Assembly (NCBI GenBank): GCA_964016885.1
Contig: OZ024740.1
Coordinates: forward strand, 262,136,001-262,200,000
Direction: 5' to 3'
DNA: 64,000 nt
Source of the DNA: Eledone cirrhosa
Lineage: Eukaryota
Made by a program: the position numbers and the translations under genes. The notes beneath the pieces are model-generated. The model searched no databases and was not told the origin of the DNA. It was given only the letters and a program-made list of their open reading frames with translations. Within the stretch, counting starts at the first letter, position 1. Every line of letters starts with the position of its first letter. This document shows, in pieces, positions 1-12,056 of the stretch.

Positions 1-110
1 TCGGACACGTTCAGACATTCTCAGACACTCTTGAAGTCTAGGACATTGTCTCAGACATGCTCGGACAGGTTCAGACATGCTCGGACACTGTCTCAGACAT
101 GCTCGGACAT
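1..110. repeat. Degenerate 10-12 bp tandem repeat (TCRGACA-containing unit), truncated at window start
   Basis: Repeated tcggaca/tcagaca cores about every 10-12 nt. Confidence 0.75.
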
Positions 111-189
111 TGTGTGCTGGTGGGAGGTTGTGGTATTAGTGGGGGTGAGTGGGGTGTTGGGGTGAAAACGAAAACAAAACATTTATTTT

Positions 190-483
190 TTGTGTATATA
201 TAAGTTGCGTGTGTGTTTATATGTGTATATATATATATATATGTGTATGTATATATATATATGTATATATGCATATGTATATATATATATGTATGTGTAT
301 ACATATGTATGAATGTGTATATATATCTATGTATGCATGTGTGTATATGTATGTTTCTATATATGTGTGTGTATATATATATATATATATATGTACATAT
401 ATATGCATGTATACATGTGTATATGTATACATATATGCATGTGTATATATATCTATGTATGCATATGTGTATATGTATGTTTC

Positions 484-518
<35 letters not shown>

Positions 519-719
519 GTACATATATGTATATATATATGTACATATGTGTATATATATGTACATATATGTATATATATATATATAGATGTATATATAT
601 GTGTGTGTGTATATATATGTATATATATGTATGTATATGTGTGTGTATATATCTATATATATATATGTGTGTGTGTGTTTGTATATATCTATATATATAT
701 ATATGTGTGTACGTGTGTT

Positions 720-766
<47 letters not shown>
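190..766. repeat. Compound (TA)n/(TG)n/(TATG)n microsatellite
   Basis: Direct inspection; source of the YI/CV-repeat ORFs. Confidence 0.95.
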
Positions 767-768
<2 letters not shown>

Positions 769-897
769 GCAAAGTTTTATTTAAATTGTTGGGTTACAAC
801 GAGTAAATATTTATAACTGATATAAAAGCACTCAACAAGTATTTGGAGTATATTTACGATATTAAATAAATGGAAACTATATTTATAAAACCATATT

Positions 898-963
898 TAT
901 TTCATTATATATATTTCAGGGATATCATATTAAAAATATGGTATGCCTTCATCAGACAAAATA
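898..963 (-). ncRNA. Type I hammerhead ribozyme motif (mirror of 1043-1108)
   Basis: Reverse complement of the 1043-1108 motif with intact core. Confidence 0.72.
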
Positions 964-1042
964 CAATATAAACAACTTTTTAAATGGAAGTTGAAGTTGT
1001 AAGGTATGTCAAATCTATCTATTTATAAGACTGTTTATATTG

Positions 1043-1108
1043 TATTTTGTCTGATGAAGGCATACCATATTTTTAATATGATATCCCTGAAATATATATA
1101 ATGAAATA
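1043..1108 (+). ncRNA. Type I hammerhead ribozyme motif
   Basis: Stem I tattttgt/atgaaata, core CTGATGA, stem II aggcataccatatt-ttt-aatatgatatccct, GAAA, self-complementary ATATATAT stem III, cleavage triplet ATA. Confidence 0.75.
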
Positions 1109-1374
1109 AATATGGTTTTATAAATATAGTTTCCATTTATTTAATATCGTATATATATATATATATATATATACTAGTAGGTGGTGGCCACCCTATTCAG
1201 CGGAGAGTGTGTAGTTAATTGATGTTGACTGGTATTAAACCCTAGGCTGTAAGGAACCACCAACAGGACTACAATACAAGACACTTGTCAGGATTTTCAG
1301 AATTTCTGGCAATCCACAGGGTAATAATAATAATAATACATGTGTATATCTGTGTGTGTGTATATGTATATGTG

Positions 1375-1452
<78 letters not shown>

Positions 1453-1453
<1 letters not shown>

Positions 1454-2195
1454 TATGAAGAGAGAAGAAACATTTAGATATAATTAGTAATAAAATATAT
1501 CATACCTAAACTGTTCCTAGATTCCTCGACTACGTAATTTCGTGGCATAAACAAAAACAATACATCATAAAGATATAGAGTCCTTGCGAGGTCTGCCGAC
1601 TTATCAAGAGGATACCTCGTTTTACTAGCTTCAAGAACGCGTCTACATGACGTGAGAAAGAATCCCAAAAGGCGGAGGGGGAGATAGTCACGCGATATAA
1701 CGGTCGAGAAACAGAGCTAAGCCTCTTATAACCCTGAAGAAAATACCACGGAGGCGGAGGGGGTATTTATATCGAAGCCGTAGAAGAGGTGGTGAAGGGG
1801 GTGAGAAGTATGTGTAATGGCAGCTTTCCAGCAGTCACCATACTTCAAAGATTACTCGACCAGAGGGAGTTATGAACAATATATTTAGAAACACACAGAT
1901 ACATGCGGACACACACATATACATGAATGCATCCACACCCAACCGTGAGTTAATGGTGCCAACCTTACCGATGTTGCTCAAGTTTAGGTATGATATATTT
2001 TATTACTAATTATATCTAAATGTTTCTTCTCTCTTCATAATGTATTTTTAACTCTGATACTGGTTCAGTCTAATTCAACCAGTCTGTCCCAGTCATTCAT
2101 TGAGCAACATCGGTAAGGTTGGCACCATTAACTCATGGTTGGGTGTGGATGCATTCATGTATATGTATGTGTCCACATGTAACTGTGTGTTTCTA
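1453..2195. mobile_element. Probable PLE terminal-repeat remnant with permuted/inverted duplication
   Basis: 1453-1510 is inverted at 1981-2040 and ~1920-1980 is inverted at ~2100-2160; flanked by (TA)n on both sides. Confidence 0.55.
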
Positions 2196-2232
2196 AATAT
2201 ATTATATATATATATATGTGTGTATACATATA

Positions 2233-2353
<121 letters not shown>

Positions 2354-2356
2354 GTA

Positions 2357-2768
2357 TCATCCGGGAGAGATGACCCCTTAGCCTTTGTAAAGTCAGAATT
2401 CTAGAACGAAAACTCTGATATAACACCTGCAACCCTGATGGTATCCAATGATCTTGACGTGTTCTTCTTTTTGGTAAATATCATCTTGGTTAAGAGGGTG
2501 GGACTGGCTTTGTGCAGTGCCGTTGCTCACTATAAAAGCTTCACGGCACAGGCATTGCTTTATATCTGGAGATCTCTCTGCACTTGTCGTCACATGTTAC
2601 CATGGGCCCACCACTATGTGTCAGTAATTGTCACAAGTGTAGTGTTTGTACCAGAGTTTTCAAGTCGCTGGCTGGACTAAAAAGTCACACTTGTTCAGCA
2701 CATCGGTAGGGGTTCCCCTACATGGATATAAAGTAGTGGCCGTACTCGAAAACGAGTTGGCAGCCACC
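2357..2768 (+). mobile_element. Non-coding retroposon family X (5'-truncated copy) with (ATGT)n tail
   Basis: Highly similar to 9340-9741 and 30826-31142(-); ends in hairpin gtggccgtactcg-aaaa-cgagttggcagccac followed by (ATGT)n at 2769-2823. Confidence 0.75.
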
Positions 2769-2822
2769 ATGTATGTATGTATGTATGTATGTATGTATGT
2801 ATGTATGTATGTATGTATGTAT

Positions 2823-5800
2823 GTTCTTTTGGTTTTATAATTTCACAAAGTTTTACCAATAGAGAGAGAGACAGTTTCTAACATAGACACAAGACTCTCT
2901 CATTGGAATTTACACAACATCAACTAGGTAGATTATGTCTGCATGTCTGCATGTGTAGATATGGATGTTATTGTATGTGTGGATGTGGATGTTTTGAGTT
3001 GTATGTGTGCATGTGTATATGCTTTGAATCTGTACATGTGTAAATGCAGTTATTAGATTCAAAAGTTTTGGAATGTTTTACATATTTTACTGTTCCATAA
3101 ATGGATTATACTTGTAATTTGCTAACTAGTTGTGTTATTTCTGTTCCTGTGAAGACTAACTTCGCAAGATTTGTATTGAGGCAGTTACTAACATACCCCC
3201 GTGCCCCAATAATCACAGGCATAAATCTGAAGGTGTAATCAGGGTGGAGTATCTGCAGATTTATCATCAGTTCTGCATAGATATTCTCCTTTTCACTAAT
3301 CTTTGATATTATATTGGCATCTGCTGAGCAGCTAATTTTCAGTACTGTGCGTGCTTTCTTCTTCCTGTCCAATATCATAATATCTGGTCTGTTATGCCTG
3401 CATTTTATTGGGGTTTTTACTGGAACATTCCACCAGTACTCTTTCATATTATGTACATGGATGTCTTCCACATTGCTTTTAATGCGTTTATTATCAGGGC
3501 TTTATTTTTTACGAACTGTATTGTACAGTGTGTTGGCCACTACATCATGCCTCATAGGCAGATTGTACCGCGATGACATCTTTGGACAGGTGCTGATGAC
3601 ATGGGTGATATCCTCGATGTTAGTTCTGCAGAGTCTGCACTTGTTATCACATCTAGGTGTTTTGCCTGCATCCCTATCTCTTTTGTGAATCAGGTATTTC
3701 GTGCTTATCTCCTGTTCTTGGATTGCAAAAGCGTATCCTTCAAAATGGGAGCCAATATAGCGGTTGTTGGTCCAATATAGACTACTTTCCTTATCTATAT
3801 TACTCTCACTCTGGAGCTTCCTGGCAACATATCCATGCATGATTTTTTGTTGATAAGCATGCAGTTTTTCATCCATGGATTCACTGCGATACTGCTGAGC
3901 GACTTCCCTAGGTGTGAGCTTTTGATTATCAGACAGGGAATATCTCTCGAGGAGTTCCTTCCCAACTCTCATAATCTTATCTGTTTCATGCAGATAGACT
4001 TGCTCGAGAGACGGGCTCCTTCGCTTCGAGGTTCCTAGATGTCGGAGAGACATGATGCGACATTCAAATGTTGTTTGGACTGATTTAAGGCCTCTGCCTC
4101 CCTGCTTACGTTTCAAGTAAAGGCGGTCTATGTCACTGTTGATGTAGACGTTTCCGGTGTTATTTAGTATTTTTCGAGTTCCAACATCAACTGCTCAGAT
4201 TTCGTCTATCGTCCAATTGAGTATTCCAAACGTTGGTGTTATACACGCACAGCAAACACATTGTGAGCCACTGTTTTGTTTTGCGCAGAGAGTTCCGATG
4301 ACCAGATCTTTCTTAATCGAGTGTAGTATTCCCTGGTTACGCGTTGTTTATTACATATATCATTATAGGATATGTTCTCATCTATCCCCAGGTATCTGTA
4401 GCAGTGCTCATCAGATATCGGTGAAACAGTTAGGCCATTGATGACAATGTTGTAGATTGGGTTGTTGTTTTTCCCCGCTTTACAGTCATGTATGAGCATT
4501 TATCTTGGCCAAACTCCATTCTTATATCCTTTGAGAACGTTGTAATCAGGTCAAGATTTTACTTCATCCCATCCATGTTCTTGGCATAGAGTTTCAGATC
4601 GTCCACAAAGAAATTATGGGTTTGATTCGTATTTCTGTCCTCCTGTGAGCCAATGATGTTTCCCTCACATTTCTTGAGCAGAAAGGACAAGGGGTTTAAT
4701 GACAAGATGAATAATATCACAGAGAGACTGTCCCCCTGAAAGACACCCCTGCAATATTTTATTTTATCAGTGAAAATAGAGTCCTCCCTCTCTTAGGATA
4801 GTAGCCCAAGGAGAAGACAGCCTCTCTATGGCTCTGACAATAATATCTGGGACTCTAGCAAGTTGTAGGGCCTCTCTCATCCAAGAGTAGGGAACAGAAT
4901 CGAAAGCTTTCCTGTAGTCCAGCCAGACTGTAGCCATATTCCCCCTAAGTTGTCGCACCTCCGACATCGCAGTTTTGTTGATTAGGAGTTGTTCAGCACA
5001 TCCCCAAACCCCTTTCTTTCCAGCTGCTTGTTCATCTGTAATGATGCTATTATTTTCACAGTGATGTTGGAGGAATAGGTTCAGGTAGGCTGTATACATC
5101 TTATACATCAGGTTCTGGCATGCAATGGGTCGGTAGCTTTTTGCCAAGTGGGTGTATTTGTTCTTGGGGACCAGTAATGTTTGTGCTAATGTCAACCATT
5201 CTGGTATAAGTAAGAATTTGTTGGTAGAGGTCAGTAAGATACCTCTCTCATTGGAATTTACACAACATCAACTAGGTAGATATGTATGTATGTCTGTTAA
5301 TGTCAACCATTCTGGTATAAGTGTATCTCCCTTAAGAACTTGCTGGTAGAGGTCGGCAAGATACCTCCGATAGAATATCAGTTTTTTGTACCAGTAGCCG
5401 ACAATCAAGTCTCTTCCTGGTGTTTTCTTATGTTGGAGTTTTCCTATCACAGTCTCAAGGGTACCCTCACTTATTTCGTATGTTTTTGCTGTAGTGTAGG
5501 AGCAATAGTTCTTTCGGATTTCTCTTAGCCACGCTGCATCTTGGTTGAAATTTTTCTTTTCACCCCATATTTTGTTCCAAAAGGATTCTATGTCTTTCTG
5601 GGATAGGGCCTCAGTGACACTTATTATTCTGTTCTTCATATCTCTAAAGACTGATGTTTGGTTTCGTCTGAATCTTTTATTAAGCACTTTTCTCTCATCT
5701 ACCTTCTTCAGGTATCGGCGTTTTTCGCTAACAGCTCTCAATTCTTGTTTGAGGGTTATCAGCTTATATTGAAGAGTTCTGGTTCTAGTGTTACCAAACA

Positions 5801-6200
5801 TCGTCTCTATTTTATTTTTCACTCTTTCTTGGTGAGGAGTGAGTTTTTTGTGTGTTTGTTTGCATATAAGGAGCATTGTCACATATCCTATGTTTTTTCG
5901 TAGGTCAGCAATCTTTTTTTCTATTTTAGTTATATATGATGGACATTTTTGGTGGTGTTCTGTTCTTGTTAATATCTCTGCTATCACCAAGATAATGCTT
6001 CACTGTCGTTGCTAGGGCATATAAACAAACGTTGATTTGCCAAAATGTTGGGGTTTTTATCCGTCGTAAATATTCATCCCTTATTTCCTCAATAACACGT
6101 AATATTTCATTATTTGGTTTTTTATTAAACATTGTCGTTTAAACACATTCAGCAAGAGAGATATTTGTACATGAATTAATTTTTCTCTGGAAGATTTCGT
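2823..6200 (-). mobile_element. R4/Dong-clade non-LTR retrotransposon (RT + CCHC knuckle + restriction-like endonuclease), frameshifted
   Basis: ORF pieces: YRPIACQNLMYK, WLDYRKAFDSVP, FQGDSLS, FVDDLKLY, YRYLGIDE, CRLC..ITHVISTC..MRHD, HNRPDIM (PD-D/ExK RLE); 3' UTR ends ...ccaaaagaac next to (ATAC)n. Confidence 0.9.
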
Positions 6201-6629
6201 TGAGGGAAATTTTTAAGTGTTTATTCGTTGAGGGAAATTTTCAATAGTTTATGTTAGAGTATAAGCTTATTCATCATATATAGAAATGATATCTACCGCA
6301 CTAGAGCAGTTTCATTCGTATGAAATAATCAAAAAGTTCTTCTAGAAGACATTTCTAGATAAAACCGTCCCTTTGCCTTTGATCATTTTTTACCTGTAGA
6401 CTACAAAAATAAATAGAAACAATTTATACGACTTCCAAATGGATTTTAGATTCCTGTACATCATAGAAACTACCGTCGAATGTAATTACCCGGATGTTAT
6501 GTAAATATAATCAATTCGTTGTACTGTCATTAACGTAAATCAAACCAATCTTTGAAAAACACACAGACATTTTCTGAATCTCTGAAATGATATAAATAAT
6601 TTAATCAAAATGATTTTTCTCTGATGATG

Positions 6630-6703
<74 letters not shown>

Positions 6704-7934
6704 TGTAGTATGTATGAAAAAGAATAATCTGTGGGGATCAAACTGAAAAGCATCTAAAAATTGTAAATAGCCTTATAAAAATTATAAAAGTTATATAAAA
6801 AACACAAAAAACTTATATTTAGTTATGCATTGTATGAGTTACTGCCTTGTGATCTGGTCATTTGTTTCACATGTATAACCTTTTGAAATCAGATGTTTCT
6901 TTTTATTGCACCCTCCTGAGTTCAGTCCTTTTCGTCGCTATCGTCCCTGTGGCCCTTCTATCGGTCGCTGTCTTCAATTTGCAAAGCTGTCTAAACGTAA
7001 TGTTATAACTCTAGGGTTATATACCTTATCGTGTGCTTAGCTGCACACCGAAACTGCATTCGTTAGCTTGGCTGCAACCATGGCTTCGCTGATGCTGTAC
7101 TAAATTTTGCATATATATATATATATATATAAATATATGTAGATAAATCTACCAAAAGTTTACGGTAGTGTCCAATCCGTATGAAGAACTCAATGTAATC
7201 CGGATATCATGAAAAGAGAAGATGCATTCAGAAACTACTTTTGGTGAAAAATAAACGGAAAACAGAGTCAAGATAAATTAATAAAATAATGAATAAACAA
7301 AGAAACAGTTCCTTATATTAAAAAAATTCATCATTTTACGATCGTTTCTAGGATATATATGTGTTAGAGTTGGTATGCATATTCTATAGATCTATGTACA
7401 ATATTTATACAAACTATCAGAGGGAATATACATACCTACACATATATATGCTGTCTTCAAAAATAATGATATTTGTTTATTGAAAAAAACAAAGATTCAA
7501 TACAATAGGTCTTTTTGGGAACAGGTTTTGAATTGACCAATAGAGAGATAGTGAGGGTCAAGATAGTAATATAGTAGTAGAAGAACCTTAAATTATGGGT
7601 AGAGGAAGGTAGAATTCAGTTTTGGATGGAAAAGAATATTATGAATGAAGGATTATTTTAGGGAAGAAATAGGTCTTATGCTGACCTCAGAAATAATTTT
7701 ATTTGTTCATTGAATAAAACCAACAAAGATCTAATATATTCTGTCTGTTTGGTAAGAGGTTTAGAATTAACCAATAGAAAGTTAATAATTGGCCAAATGG
7801 TAAAATAGTAGTAATTGAAGCTTATTTTAGGGGTGAAAATAGGTCAGGTGGTCAGTAAAAGGTATACAAGCAGTTGCTGTTATAAAATAGTAATGCCAAT
7901 ACAAATATCTAAGGTGACTAAATCAATAAATCTA

Positions 7935-8715
7935 ACTAAAAATGTGTGTGGTGAGGTCATTAACAATAATTCTCTTAATAAACATCAGGATGCATCCTAT
8001 AAAAACAATAAACAACATCGAAACCGTAATAGACGAGTTACTTGGTATAATGCTCCATTTAATTTACAAATTAAGGATAATATACCTAAAAAATTCTTTA
8101 ATATCCTAGAGAAAAACTTCGCGCCAAACCACAAATACCATCAAATCTTAAATAGATCAACGGTTAAATTCTCCTACTCAACAACCAAAAACATAAAACA
8201 AATTATAAGTGCTTATAATACATATAAATGTAAAAAAAACCATGAGTATACCACCAGTACATCAAACTAACCATAATGTCTCCTCAGATACAGGATTTAC
8301 GAAAAGTTGTAACTGTAGAAACAAGGCAAACTGTCCATTAAAAGGAAATTGCCTTGTTAATAACATAGTATATAAATGTAAAGGACTCAATTTATTCATA
8401 TATAGGAGCTACCTCTAACAAATTTAAGGTAAGATTTAATACCCACAAACATAGTTTTAAAAATGCCGCACTAGCTAATACAACATCTCTAGCTGAAATA
8501 ATTAATAGTTATAGAAAGAGGAATATAGATTATGACCTGGAGTGTGCTCAGAAGGGCCACCCTTATCAAAATAGTAGATATGAATGTAGATTATGTTCCC
8601 AAGAACTTTTTGAAATAATGAAATCTAAGGATATCCTATTAAATAAGCGACAGGAATTAATAATATCGTGTAATCATAAACTGAGAAAAACCTTTAAATA
8701 TTATAAACCTAATTA
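7935..8715 (+). pseudogene. PLE RT-thumb/linker and GIY-YIG endonuclease remnant
   Basis: RRVTWYNAPF, CNCRNKANCPLKGNC (CxCx5Cx5C linker), YIGATSNKFKVRFNTHKHSF, CRLC, CNHK; frameshifted. Confidence 0.85.
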
Positions 8716-8920
8716 ATATACACTTTAGAAATTAATATATAAACTATTTTTAATTTAGTTAACCTATAATTAATATTCTACTAATGATGAACTACATAAT
8801 TCTGCTTTAAATATTATAAACCTAATTAATATACACTTTAGAAATTAATATATAAACTATTTTTAATTTAGTTAACCTATAATTAATATTCTACTACTGA
8901 TGAACTACATAATTTTGCTT
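8698..8920. repeat. Tandem duplication of ~115 bp
   Basis: tattataaacctaattaatatacactttagaa...gatgaactacataatt occurs twice in tandem. Confidence 0.85.
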
Positions 8921-9145
8921 TCCTTCTTACAACTATCATTTCCTAAAATTGATACCATTAAGTAAACATATATAATGCTTTAACTTCAGGTTATGACTCT
9001 ATGTTCCTTGAAACCTATATATATTTATTATTTTCTCACTAATAAATGTAATCCCCCACCCCAATAATTATATGTATATGTAAGTGTGTATGTGTGTATA
9101 TATATATATATGTATGTATGTATATATGCATGTATATGTATATAT

Positions 9146-9741
9146 GTCAGGTCACCACTTGGTGCTACAGGTAACATGTATCCCAGTACAACCTGTCTCA
9201 TGGTCGGGTCGTTGGCGACTAAACTGGCAATCCCACCAAGGTTTCTTGGTGAGGAGGGTGACTTAGGACATCCTGCAGGACTAAAAACAAAACCTGTCAA
9301 AGGGCAAAGGAGCTGTTAAGAGTCAATGGCCATCCAAAATCACTGGGAGAGATGACCCCTTAGCCTTTGTCAAGGCAGAATTCTAGGAGAAGGAAAACTC
9401 TGATATAACACCTGCAACCCTGATGGTATCCAATGATGTTGACTTGTTCTTCTTTTTGGTAAATATCATCTTGGTTAAGAGAGTGGGACTGGCTTTGTGC
9501 AGTGCCTTTGCTCACTATAAAAGCTTCATGGCACAGGTATTGCTTTATATCTGGAGATCTCTCTGCACTTGTCGTCACATGGTACCAAAGATAAAGCACT
9601 ATGTGTCAATAATTGTCACAAGTGTAGAGTTTTCAAGTCGCTGGCTGGACTAAAAAGTCACACTCGTTCAGCGCATCGGTAGGGGTTCTCCTACATGGAT
9701 ATAAAGTAGTAGCCGTACTCGAAAACGAGTTGGCAGCCACC
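9146..9741 (+). mobile_element. Non-coding retroposon family X, longest copy (~600 nt)
   Basis: Contains ctaggagaaggaaaactctga (9383-9403), recalled as an RTE 5'UTR-type motif; ends in 3' hairpin plus gccacc; flanked by TA/TATG repeats; no credible ORF. Confidence 0.75.
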
Positions 9742-9849
<108 letters not shown>

Positions 9850-10553
9850 ATGTGTGTGTGTGTATGTGTATATATATGTATATATATATATATATATATA
9901 TAGGTATACATATATATTATTTTTATATTCTTTTAATTTCCCCTCATCTTTAACAGCACTTTTCAGCTGCATTTAACTCTAATTTTAACATATCTATATG
10001 TATTAGTATAATTTTTATCAATATAAATATACCCATCAATTAAATTAATTTATATTCTTTTCATAGATGTATTTTTTCACTAACATTCTTATCGTAAAAC
10101 TTTAGTCACCTTAGATATTTGTATTGGCATTACTATTTTATAACAGCAACTGCTTGTATAACTTTTACTGACCACCTGACCTATTTTCACCCCTAAAATA
10201 AGCTTCAATTACTACGATTTTACCATTTGGCCAATTATTAACTTTCTATTGGTTAATTCTAAACCTCTTACCAAACAGACAGAATATATTAGATCTTTGT
10301 TGGTTTTATTCAATGAACAAATAAAATTATTTCTGAGGTCAGCATAAGACCTATTTCTTCCCTAAAATAATCCTTCATTCATAATATTCTTTTCCATCCA
10401 AAACTGAATTCTACCTTCCTCTACCCATAATTTAAGGTTCTTCTACTACTATATTACTATCTTGACCCTCACTATCTCTCTATTGGTCAATTCAAAACCT
10501 GTTCCCCAAAAGACCTATTGTATTGAATCTTTGTTTTTTTCAATAAACAAATA

Positions 10554-10695
10554 TCATTATTTCTGAAGACAGCATATATATGTGTAGGTATGTATATTCC
10601 CTCTGATAGTTTGTATAAATATTGTACATAGATCTATAGAATATGCATACCAACTCTAACACATATATATCCTAGAAACGATCGTAAAATGATGA
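10554..10695 (+). ncRNA. Type I hammerhead motif with very long (105 nt) stem II
   Basis: Stem I tcattattt/aaatgatga (9 bp), CTGAAGA at 10563-10569, stem II includes atatatatgtgt/acacatatatat and gtatgtatattc/gaatatgcatac, GAAA at 10675-10678, palindromic ACGATCGT stem III, GTA site. The mirror copy at 7328-7469(-) has the core mutated to TTGAAGA. Confidence 0.65.
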
Positions 10696-10747
10696 ATTTT
10701 TTTAATATAAGGAACTGTTTCTTTGTTTATTCATTATTTTATTAATT

Positions 10748-10802
<55 letters not shown>

Positions 10803-10810
<8 letters not shown>

Positions 10811-11171
10811 TTGAGGTTTTTTTACAAAATGAAAAATAACCGAGGTGTCCTAAACGAGTGAAAGTATAAAGAAAAAAAGATGAAATCGAAAATGCGTCTG
10901 GAGTCTTATTTAAAAATATATATATATATATTTATTTGGTTCCTTTACCGGTTTTGCAGTTCTTCTGCTTTTCAAAAGTAGAGTTGAGATGGAGGGTCTG
11001 TGGTTTTTCTCACATATAAATATATATGTAAAGGAACCAAATAATGTATATATATTTTTTTAATTAAGACTCCATTTGCATTTTCGATTTCATCTTTTTT
11101 TCTTTATACTTTCACTCGTGTAGGACACCTCGGTTATTTTTCATTTTGTAAAAAAAACTTCACTTTCTAAT
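10803..11171. repeat. Fold-back inverted repeat (arms ~10803-10948 and ~11028-11171) with decayed hammerhead in the spacer
   Basis: Arms are reverse complementary; the minus strand reads TTGAAAA-GCAG-aagaa-CTGC-AAAACCGGTA (decayed CTGANGA...GAAACCGGTA). Confidence 0.7.
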
Positions 11172-11991
11172 AATATATATATATATGCAGAAGGGATATT
11201 CAATTTGTTGGTAATTCAACAAATATAAATGTTTATAACTGATTCAGTTATATATATATATAGGAAAATGTGTGAAATCCTTGGTACCGTTAGGGTTATT
11301 TGAAGAAGGGAAAACAATGACTTCACTTGTAGTTCTAAATAATTTGATTTAATTTTATAATATTATGAGTTGGTAGAACTAGTAAGTTCTTTGTTAACTT
11401 CGGTGGGAAGATTTTTAAAGATTCCTGGTTTACTTTCCAGGAGAACTTTCTCGCATTCGTCGGTGGCGATGGTCAAACTGAGATCAGGTTGTGTTGTGAT
11501 GTGTGACTCGATATATAAGAGAGATTTGGATGTGTCTGGGGGTGGGGTGAGGTGTTAATGGGTGTGGGAGTGAATGAGTGTTGATGAAGATTTAAAGGAA
11601 ATAAAGCATACACATATACACACAAACATATATATATATATATACATATATACATAGATATACACAGAAAATGGTGAATGGTGACAGCAAGATTGGGAGT
11701 GGTTGTTTTTTTTAAGAGTGTTTAAGAAAGGGCTGTAAAAGTGCCCTCCCGCAGGTTCCACTTCAATAAATGACCTTTGATGAATATAATGGCAGGATGT
11801 TTTTAAAATTCGTTTCTTATAGCTGTATCTACTCTTAAATTTATAAAGAATGCCTTCAACAATTTTCTATATTAAAGATGAATTTAGGTGCGTGTCTGGT
11901 GGTGGTGGGGTTAATGAGGTGTAAGATACATGTCTTTTGATAAGCTCTAAGAAACGAATTTGAAAAACATATGTATGCATCTGTGTGCATG

Positions 11992-12056
11992 TATAGACTT
12001 GCTCGATAGACGGGCTCCTACGCTTCGAGGTTCGTAAAATTGCCGGAGCAATATGA
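11992..12056 (-). mobile_element. Short internal fragment of the R4/Dong LINE
   Basis: tagacttgctcgatagacgggctcctacgcttcgaggttc matches 3994-4034; abuts (TATG)n. Confidence 0.7.

Larger units (their letters stand above)
856..1150. repeat. Fold-back inverted repeat (arms ~856-973 and ~1032-1150) of a PLE terminal-repeat family
   Basis: Arms are near-perfect reverse complements (acgatattaaataaatggaaac... / ...gtttccatttatttaatatcgt); a third copy of the arm is at ~27370-27475. Confidence 0.85.

Noticed and set aside
1-110. CRISPR-like or telomeric array
   Set aside because: Units are short, degenerate and contiguous without unique spacers; eukaryotic context, not TTAGGG
2763-2771. Perfect Kozak GCCACCATG at the end of family X
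   Set aside because: The ATG is the first unit of the (ATGT)n tail and GCCAC is the 3' arm of the terminal hairpin; it leads only into microsatellite
8897-8940. CTGATGA at 8897 as a hammerhead
   Set aside because: No stem II or downstream GAAA..TH; the tandem twin reads ATGATGA
9146-9270. HDV-like or twister ribozyme assignment for the X leader
   Set aside because: Partial features exist (P1-like helix, C-TAA after a hairpin, GAGGAGGG), but no consistent P3/L3/P1.1 order and no GTCCCAAGC-type twister loop, so it is left unclassified
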